Assembly (NCBI GenBank): GCA_046350775.1 | Contig: JAXLZS010000001.1 | Location: 223,930 to 287,929 of the forward strand | DNA from: Minisyncoccota bacterium | GTDB taxonomy: Bacteria; Patescibacteriota; Minisyncoccia; Phycocordibacterales; UBA5272 | DNA length: 64,000 bases | Direction of reading: 5' to 3' | Notes under the pieces: generated by a model | Databases searched by the model: none | What the model saw: the letters and a program-made list of their open reading frames with translations, nothing else | What the model was told of the DNA's origin: nothing | Program-made: the position numbers and the translations under genes | Shown: positions 57,806-64,000 of the stretch, in pieces | How positions within the stretch are numbered: the stretch's first letter is position 1 | How the letters are laid out: each line of letters opens with the position of its first letter

Positions 57806-58114
57806 ATGATTAGAGAATTCGCATTATTTATAAGAGAAAAAGGAGTTATTGGGCTCGCTGTAGGTATAATTGTCGGTGGAGCAGTCACAAAATTTGTAAA
57901 CGCAATCATCACTGATCTACTAAATCCGATAATCAGCGCAGTGATTGGTGGAGGAAAAGGCTTGGTCACTTATTCATATACAGTGCCAGGCACAAGTATA
58001 AACTTTACTTATGGGAACCTTATTTCAGAATTTATAAATTTTATAGCTATCTTGTTGGTTGTATATATATTATTTGTAAAATCCCCTGTTAATAAATTAG
58101 ATAAGAAATCATAA
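57806..58114 (+). CDS. mscL: Large-conductance mechanosensitive channel MscL
   Basis: From the internal Met: MIREFALFIREKGVIGLAVGIIVGGAVTKFVNAIITDLLNPII, the MscL TM1 signature. The track ORF starts 15 codons earlier. Confidence 0.85.
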   Translation: MIREFALFIREKGVIGLAVGIIVGGAVTKFVNAIITDLLNPIISAVIGGGKGLVTYSYTVPGTSINFTYGNLISEFINFIAILLVVYILFVKSPVNKLDKKS

Positions 58115-58171
58115 AATGAAATAACAAAATAAAAAACTCGCAAAATTTGCGAGTTTTTTATTATTTATTTT

Positions 58172-58762
58172 TTAAGAATTATCAGCTAAAGTTGCCTTTA
58201 CAGTATCAACTTTATCGATAGTATTCATAATAGAGATAACCTGATCCTCGTATCCTTCAATAACAGACCCATTGTAATACCAAAGCTTTTTCTTAATGTT
58301 ATTATTTGAATAATAACGAGCTGTCTTTGGATTGGCACCACCAAGATTTCTACCAACAGTCTCGATAGCTTCATCGAAATTGTCGAATTTAATCTTAGCA
58401 GATCCCCAACCGAAAGGATTGGTATTGTAAGCAAATTTTCCACCTGTAGATTCACGCATAGCAATAGCTGGTAGGAAGTTGTATGGAAGACCATACTTCT
58501 CAGCTACAAGCACAAATTGCATTCCATGGCCAGCAAGAGGAGCAGATTTGCTTTCAAAGTAAGCGTCGATCTTATCAGCTTTTTGCTTTCTAAGAGCCTC
58601 CACACTTTGGTCTTGATCAGAATTAACCTTTAATTCTTTTAATTCAACTACGTTATTAGAGTTGGTTGAATTATCAGAAACTATATTTAACCCTAAAGTC
58701 GACAATGCGAGTACTGGAATAAACGCAGAGACGAGAAGAGTATTTTGTAGATATTTTTTCAT
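58172..58762 (-). CDS. Secreted lysozyme-like/peptidoglycan-hydrolase-like protein (family uncertain)
   Basis: Signal peptide, then ...LAGHGMQFVLVAEKYGLPYNFLPAIAMRESTGGKFAYNTNPFGWGS. The Glu-Ser after a hydrophobic stretch is reminiscent of the lytic transglycosylase / GH73 catalytic region. Motif-level only. Confidence 0.35.
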   Translation of the reverse strand: MKKYLQNTLLVSAFIPVLALSTLGLNIVSDNSTNSNNVVELKELKVNSDQDQSVEALRKQKADKIDAYFESKSAPLAGHGMQFVLVAEKYGLPYNFLPAIAMRESTGGKFAYNTNPFGWGSAKIKFDNFDEAIETVGRNLGGANPKTARYYSNNNIKKKLWYYNGSVIEGYEDQVISIMNTIDKVDTVKATLADNS

Positions 58763-58948
58763 AACGTTGCGGTTTAGCTCCGCGAACTACCCATAACTGT
58801 ATATATTCCGTATAGAAACGAAAAATGAGCTTGTTTGCTCATATGTAGATATGATAGCAAAATACAAATCAAAAGTCAAGTACTCTGACACTATTTTCTT
58901 AACTTGTCAAATATATATCCCAAAAAAGCCTTATTTTATAAGGATATT

Positions 58949-58976
58949 TTGACTTTATCAAAAAATGTGCTAATAT
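58949..58976 (+). promoter_or_regulatory. Sigma-70-type promoter for tRNA-Glu (TTGACT, 16 nt spacer, TGcTAATAT extended -10)
   Basis: Read directly from the sequence, 30 nt upstream of the tRNA 5' end. Confidence 0.5.
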
Positions 58977-59006
58977 TTACATATCTCTAAAATAACAAAA
59001 AATAGA

Positions 59007-59081
59007 GGCCCTATCGTCTAGCGGCTAGGACATATCCCTCTCACGGATAAAACTGGGGTTCGATTCCCCATAGGGTCACCA
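59007..59081 (+). tRNA. tRNA-Glu (anticodon CTC), CCA encoded
   Basis: GGCCCTA acceptor, D-arm GTC-TAGCGGCTAG-GAC, anticodon arm TATCC-CTCTCAC-GGATA, T-arm TGGGG-TTCGATT-CCCCA, and 3' TAGGGTC-A-CCA. It resembles the E. coli tRNA-Glu architecture. Confidence 0.85.
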
Positions 59082-59157
59082 AAATTTATAAATCTGGCTC
59101 CAAAATCAGCAAAAAGATGAAATATAAATCCAAATAAAGGATTATTATAGATAATAT

Positions 59158-61899
59158 TTATTTCTTTTTCAGGTCTTTTATTTGAATAGGAGAAACTATT
59201 TTCTGTTTTCTAATTTTCTTTACTTCGACAGAAATAGACTTTTTAATATCTTTTGTAACTGTATCCTTTTCTTCTTTTAAATTTACCTCTACTATATTCT
59301 CAGTAGCCTTATTTTCTTTAGTATTTTGATTTTCAAGCATGACTTTGGCCAATTCGTTGAGGAGATTGGTCTGTAGATACCTTTTTATAGGTCTTGCTCC
59401 ATAGTGAGTATCAAAAGAAGATTCAGCTATAAATTCTTTAGCCTTTTCAGTGACAACCAATCTAAGGCCCTTTCCTGACAATCTCTCTGAGATTTTAGCG
59501 AGTTCCAGATCTACTATTTGTTTTATTTCTTCTTTTTTCAAAATATCAAAGACAATAATATCATCTAGTCTATTTAAAAATTCTGGCTTGAAAAAATCCT
59601 TGAGTGAAGACATGACTTTTTCTTTAGTTTCAGAATAATTTAGACTTTCCTCGTTATTTGAATTATTAAATCCAATCTTTTCCATGTTTTGGATATATTT
59701 TGATCCAATATTACTGGTCATAATGATGATACTGTTTTTAAAATTTACAAATCTTCCCTTACTATCGCGTAGTCTACCCTCATCTAGTACTTGAAGTAAA
59801 ATATTAAATACTTCTGGATGGGCTTTTTCGACTTCGTCAAAAAGTATGACTGAATATGGTCTGTGACGTACAGCCTCAGTTAAATGACCAGACTCTTCGT
59901 AGCCAACATATCCTGGAGGAGAGCCTATCAATTTTGATACAGAGTGCTTTTCCATATATTCACTCATGTCTACTTTGATCAGAGCCTTCTCGTCATTAAA
60001 CATAAATTCAGCCAAAGCTTTGGTGAGCTCTGTCTTTCCTACTCCTGTCGGACCGAGAAACATAAATGATCCAATAGGTCTATCTGGATCACTAATACCT
60101 ACCCGACTCCTGCGTACAGCATCTGAGATTTTTTGTATTGCTTCTTTTTGCCCAATGACACGAGCCGAAAGAGTGTCTTCCATTCTTTTTAGTTTTTCCT
60201 GCTCACCCTCGAGCATCCTTGATAGAGGTACGCCCGTCCATCGAGAAACAACATTGGCGATATCTTCTTCATTTATCTCTTCACGAAGCACCCTTCTCAC
60301 TTTTTGTATTTTTTGCAACTTGTCTAATTTTGTATTTATTTCTTGATTCAATTTTGGCATCTCAGCATATCTGATCTCGGCAATACGCACAAGATCTCCA
60401 AGAGACTCTTTGACTTCCGCTTCAGCACGAAGATGGTCAAGCTTTTTTCTTAATGAAGAAATATCATCAAGTAAAACTTTTTCATTTGTCCATCTTATCT
60501 CTAGTTCTTTTGTACTTTCTTTAATATTAAAGATTTCTTTCTCTACTTCTTTTATTTTAGAAATAAGATTTTGATCTTTTTTATTAACTGATAATTCTTT
60601 TAAAAGAGCCTCTTTTTCTATTTGAAGTTTTAATATTTTACGATGAGCATCTTCCAATTCAGCAGGTTTATTTTCTAAAGATATTCTCATACTTGAAGCA
60701 GCTTCATCTATAAGATCAATAGCCTTGTCTGGCAAAAATCTATTTGTAATATATCTCACAGAAAAATTTACAGCAGAAGAAAGAGCTGCATCAGTAATAC
60801 GTACTCCATGAAATAGCTCATATCTTTCTTTGAGGCCACGCAAAATAGCCAGAGTATCTTCTATTGATGGCTCTTCCACAAAAACAGTTTGAAATCTTCT
60901 GGCTAAAGCAGCGTCTTTTTCTATATGTTTTTGATATTCATTTATAGTTGTTGCTCCTATGACTCTTAATTCACCCCGAGCAAGAGCTGGCTTCAATAGA
61001 TTTGCCACATCGTTTGCCCCTTCTGCAGCACCAGCACCAACTATCGTATGTATCTCATCAATAAATAAAATTATTTTTCCTTCACTCCTTTCTATCTCTT
61101 TCATTATTTGCTTTAATCTCTCTTCAAATTCTCCTCTAAATTTTGTACCAGCGATAAGCATGCCGAGATCAAGAAGCACAACCTCTTTGTCTTTAAGGCT
61201 TTCTGGGACATCATTTTTAGCTATTCTATTTGCCAAACCTTCCACTACTGCCGTCTTTCCAGTTCCTGGCTCGCCAATCAGAATTGGATTATTTTTTGTA
61301 CGACGAGAAAGTATTTGCATGACTCTCATTATCTCATTGTCTCTACCTATGACCGGATCAAGTTTATCTTGTCTTGCAAGATCTGTGAGATTACGAGTAA
61401 ATTTTATCAGCCACTTATTTTTCTTTGGTGCTGGAGCGTCTTGTACATTTACACTTCTATATTCTAATATCAAAGATTTTGTCACTTCTCTATCCAGTTT
61501 AAACCTAGCCAAGACCTCTTCAGTCTTACCCTTTGAATCAAGCAAAGCTAAAAACATAGCCTCTATACCGATAAATTCATCACCCATTTCTTTTGCTACA
61601 TTTATAGAGTTTTCTAAAGTTTGAGCCAGCTCTGGAGTGAGATACATCTGATAGGCAGAAGATAAAGTCTGTGCGGATTGATGACCTTCAATATTTTCTA
61701 TAACCACATCTAATAATAATACATAGTCCACTCCCATTTTTTCTAAAATCGGTATAATAATACTATCTTCTTGAAGTAAGATGCCAGCTAAAAGATGAAG
61801 TGGTGTGACCTGATTTTGATTTCTTTCAATTGCAATCTCATGTGCACGCCTTATCACTTCTTTAGCTTTAGTTGTAAAATTGTTGAATGCTGGAGGCAT
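59158..61899 (-). CDS. clpB: AAA+ chaperone ClpB (Clp_N domain, two NBDs, long coiled-coil middle domain)
   Basis: Clp_N repeats. NBD1 [16 protein letters not shown] long coiled-coil M domain. NBD2 [15 protein letters not shown] with sensor-2 GARPIKR. 913 aa. Confidence 0.88.
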   Translation of the reverse strand: MPPAFNNFTTKAKEVIRRAHEIAIERNQNQVTPLHLLAGILLQEDSIIIPILEKMGVDYVLLLDVVIENIEGHQSAQTLSSAYQMYLTPELAQTLENSINVAKEMGDEFIGIEAMFLALLDSKGKTEEVLARFKLDREVTKSLILEYRSVNVQDAPAPKKNKWLIKFTRNLTDLARQDKLDPVIGRDNEIMRVMQILSRRTKNNPILIGEPGTGKTAVVEGLANRIAKNDVPESLKDKEVVLLDLGMLIAGTKFRGEFEERLKQIMKEIERSEGKIILFIDEIHTIVGAGAAEGANDVANLLKPALARGELRVIGATTINEYQKHIEKDAALARRFQTVFVEEPSIEDTLAILRGLKERYELFHGVRITDAALSSAVNFSVRYITNRFLPDKAIDLIDEAASSMRISLENKPAELEDAHRKILKLQIEKEALLKELSVNKKDQNLISKIKEVEKEIFNIKESTKELEIRWTNEKVLLDDISSLRKKLDHLRAEAEVKESLGDLVRIAEIRYAEMPKLNQEINTKLDKLQKIQKVRRVLREEINEEDIANVVSRWTGVPLSRMLEGEQEKLKRMEDTLSARVIGQKEAIQKISDAVRRSRVGISDPDRPIGSFMFLGPTGVGKTELTKALAEFMFNDEKALIKVDMSEYMEKHSVSKLIGSPPGYVGYEESGHLTEAVRHRPYSVILFDEVEKAHPEVFNILLQVLDEGRLRDSKGRFVNFKNSIIIMTSNIGSKYIQNMEKIGFNNSNNEESLNYSETKEKVMSSLKDFFKPEFLNRLDDIIVFDILKKEEIKQIVDLELAKISERLSGKGLRLVVTEKAKEFIAESSFDTHYGARPIKRYLQTNLLNELAKVMLENQNTKENKATENIVEVNLKEEKDTVTKDIKKSISVEVKKIRKQKIVSPIQIKDLKKK

Positions 61900-61944
61900 A
61901 ATTATTTTTTTATATTTAAAATTTTATTTTATGAAAATATTTTG

Positions 61945-62520
61945 TTATTTTTCAAATCTCTCTTCGCAAATCTTCCAATCCAAATTTTCCAAAAATGCGT
62001 TTATATAATCAGATTTTTTTGTGCCAAAATCTAGTAAAAAAGCATGCTCTAGCATATCTATACAAAATATTACTTTTGAGTTAGCAAATATGCCAGTATT
62101 GTGCTCTTCAAACCACAAAGTAAACAATTCATTATCATTTTCGCCTTTTACTAGAGCAATCCAACCTATACCGCGCATTGTACCGATACTTTTGAAAGTG
62201 TTTAGCCAATTTTCAAAACTCCCATAAATCTCATCAATCTTTTTTGCTAAACCGCTCTCAGGATTTAATTTGTTAGGATTTTTTGATAAAGATTCAAAAT
62301 AGATTTCGTGTAATTTCATCCCATTGTATTCCCAGCCCATCCTTCTTTCTATCTCACTCGCTTCAATGCTTCCTTTTTCTACAGTGCCATCATTCCATTT
62401 ATTGAGAATACTATTAATATTTTTAACATATCCCTCATAAAGAGTAAAGTGAAGTCTTAACGCTTCATCAGAAAAACCTTTCAAACCTAATAAATTTTCA
62501 TAATTTTTTGCTGTATACAT
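61945..62520 (-). CDS. Fe/Mn superoxide-dismutase-family protein (divergent)
   Basis: SOD-fold motifs with the four metal-ligand positions retained (H in LRLHFTLY, H in KLHEIYF, D and H in CIDMLEHAF). The canonical HHxKHH is reduced to a single His. Confidence 0.6.
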   Translation of the reverse strand: MYTAKNYENLLGLKGFSDEALRLHFTLYEGYVKNINSILNKWNDGTVEKGSIEASEIERRMGWEYNGMKLHEIYFESLSKNPNKLNPESGLAKKIDEIYGSFENWLNTFKSIGTMRGIGWIALVKGENDNELFTLWFEEHNTGIFANSKVIFCIDMLEHAFLLDFGTKKSDYINAFLENLDWKICEERFEK

Positions 62521-62573
62521 ATTTTCTTTTTTCTTTATTTTAACATAATAAAAGATAATATGTTTAGTCTGTA

Positions 62574-63854
62574 TTATTTCTTAAATTTATAATAAATTTC
62601 TTTTAAAGTTTTAGAAAATCTCTTTAAATCTTCATCTTTAATGTCTTCATTGATAGAGATACGAATAGTCTCACGGGCAACTTTTTCAGCTTCAAACTTT
62701 TTGATTTTATTTTTATAAAGACTAAATATCACATGACTGTATTCATCACTCTTGGCACTACAGGCCGATCCTGCTGAGACAGAAAATCCTTTCTTATCTA
62801 GTCGAAGCACCATCTCATCAGATGGAAAATCTGGTAGCCAGACAGAAATATTTGATGGAAGTCTCTTTGCAATCCTATCTTCTCTGACAATACCCTGTTT
62901 GTCGAGTTTCCATTCATTTTCATTCCAACATCCGTTTAATTTTGCTTCTGGAATGTTTTTCAAAATATCTTTCAATAAATCATTTCTTTTTTTTACTATT
63001 TCTTGTAAGAGTTTTTGATTTTTATGTTTTTCTTCTACTTCTTCTATGGCTCTAGCTAGTCCTACCGCCTTTTCAATGTCTACTGTACCAGAAAAAATAT
63101 TTCTCTCTTGCCCACCACCAAAATAAAATGGAGAAATTTTCACGTTTTCTTTTTTAAATAATATTCCACTAGATTTTGGGCCATATATTTTGGATCCGTT
63201 TAAAGACAAAAGATCTACTCCGAGCATATCTATATATAGTGAGAGATAATTACCAGCTTGAGCTGCGTCTGTGTGAAAATACGGATAAGAAAAACTATCT
63301 TTATTGTTTTTCTTTTTCCAGTCTTTTATTTTTTTGCCTATGTTTTTTATTTCTTGAATTGTCCCAATCTCATTGTTTACATACATTATAGATATCAAAA
63401 TAGTATTATCTCTTATTTCTTTTTCTATATTATCTGGATTTATAATGCCATTATCATCACAATCTAAATAAGTAACTTCTATCTTTCCTGATTTTTCTAA
63501 AAATTTTATATTTTCTAAAACTGCGGCATGCTCTATATTTGAAGTGATTATATGTGGCTTGATATCTTTACTATTTTCTAGAAAATACTCTGTCACACCA
63601 AAAATAGCAGATACACAAGAAAGTGTTCCATTATTTGTAAAATATATCTCATGATCTTTTACACCTAAAACTCTAGCTATTCTGAGTCTAGAATCGTGAA
63701 GTATATTTTCAGCTTTTTGTCCTTCCTTATACAAATTAGCTGGATTAAAATTAAGAGCCGAAACTTTTTTCATTTCAGATAAAACTTTTTTGCTTGGCAT
63801 AGTCTGCGAAGCAAAATCTAAATAGACTCTATTATTTATATTTTTCTTATCCAT
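62574..63854 (-). CDS. Class V aminotransferase / cysteine-desulfurase-like (NifS/IscS family) protein
   Basis: PLP-lysine region LSLNGSKIYGPKSSGILF and a conserved Cys in SAGSACSAKSDE. It is a second desulfurase-like gene, distinct from sufS. Confidence 0.7.
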   Translation of the reverse strand: MDKKNINNRVYLDFASQTMPSKKVLSEMKKVSALNFNPANLYKEGQKAENILHDSRLRIARVLGVKDHEIYFTNNGTLSCVSAIFGVTEYFLENSKDIKPHIITSNIEHAAVLENIKFLEKSGKIEVTYLDCDDNGIINPDNIEKEIRDNTILISIMYVNNEIGTIQEIKNIGKKIKDWKKKNNKDSFSYPYFHTDAAQAGNYLSLYIDMLGVDLLSLNGSKIYGPKSSGILFKKENVKISPFYFGGGQERNIFSGTVDIEKAVGLARAIEEVEEKHKNQKLLQEIVKKRNDLLKDILKNIPEAKLNGCWNENEWKLDKQGIVREDRIAKRLPSNISVWLPDFPSDEMVLRLDKKGFSVSAGSACSAKSDEYSHVIFSLYKNKIKKFEAEKVARETIRISINEDIKDEDLKRFSKTLKEIYYKFKK

Positions 63855-64000
63855 AATTAATTATTAATATACAATATTTTATAGACTTTGGCAATTTATA
63901 AAATGAAAACTTTTATTGACTCATAAAATTTATAAAGTTAAAATATATAAAAGTTCTTTAAATATTAACTGATACAAAAAAAACAAAAAATGATAAGTGG

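Noticed and set aside
1-64000. Possibility of an alternative genetic code (UGA recoded as Gly, as in some reduced-genome lineages that retain only RF1)
   Set aside because: All long conserved genes (leuS, uvrA, uvrB, clpB, nrdD, lysS and others) are full-length and contiguous in the standard-code ORF track. Recoding would have fragmented them. RF1 alone in this window says nothing about RF2 elsewhere.
1-64000. CRISPR arrays, IS elements, integrases or prophage blocks
   Set aside because: I found no regularly spaced direct repeats, transposase or integrase-like ORFs, or terminal inverted repeats while reading through. The only tandem repeats are short coding microsatellites (HIT gene, acidic-repeat protein).

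Overview
This is an AT-rich bacterial chromosomal segment, roughly 30% GC by eye, read under the standard genetic code. About 85% of the genes are on the minus strand, with small genes and short intergenic spacers. The gene content suggests a reduced-genome organism; that is my inference, not a computed result. It includes a minimal SUF set (sufS, sufU, sufC, sufT) and anaerobic ribonucleotide reductase nrdD-nrdG. A pentose-phosphate remnant (split transketolase-like halves, rpe, rpiB) and many small secreted or membrane proteins of unknown function point the same way.

Housekeeping genes I recognise:
- leuS, lysS, tgt, uvrA, uvrB, gap, prfA (RF1), rpmE, ychF, greA, clpB
- a classic dcw cell-division block: mraZ-rsmH-ftsL-ftsI
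- a rod-shape block: mreB-mreC-mrdA
- mscL, a two-component system, an Fe/Mn-SOD-like gene and two class-V aminotransferases
- four tRNAs: Tyr-GTA, Ser-GCT, Glu-CTC, and one type-II tRNA with an odd anticodon loop

No CRISPR array, IS element or prophage is visible.

The most unusual observations are:
1. LeuS is about 1150 aa and carries two extra hydrolase modules: a YdeN/RBBP9-type alpha/beta serine-hydrolase domain and a NUDIX domain inserted inside the CP1 editing domain.
2. Tgt carries a roughly 100-aa insertion with two hydrophobic helices.
3. A gene at 35087..35974 has markedly higher GC than its surroundings and sits next to a secreted GH25 muramidase; I read it as horizontally acquired.
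4. Two ORFs sit in the same frame, separated by a single in-frame TAA.
5. A GC-enriched non-coding island beside rpmE has end-to-end complementarity and looks like a structured ncRNA.

All calls come from reading the sequence and the supplied ORF translations. No database search was run.
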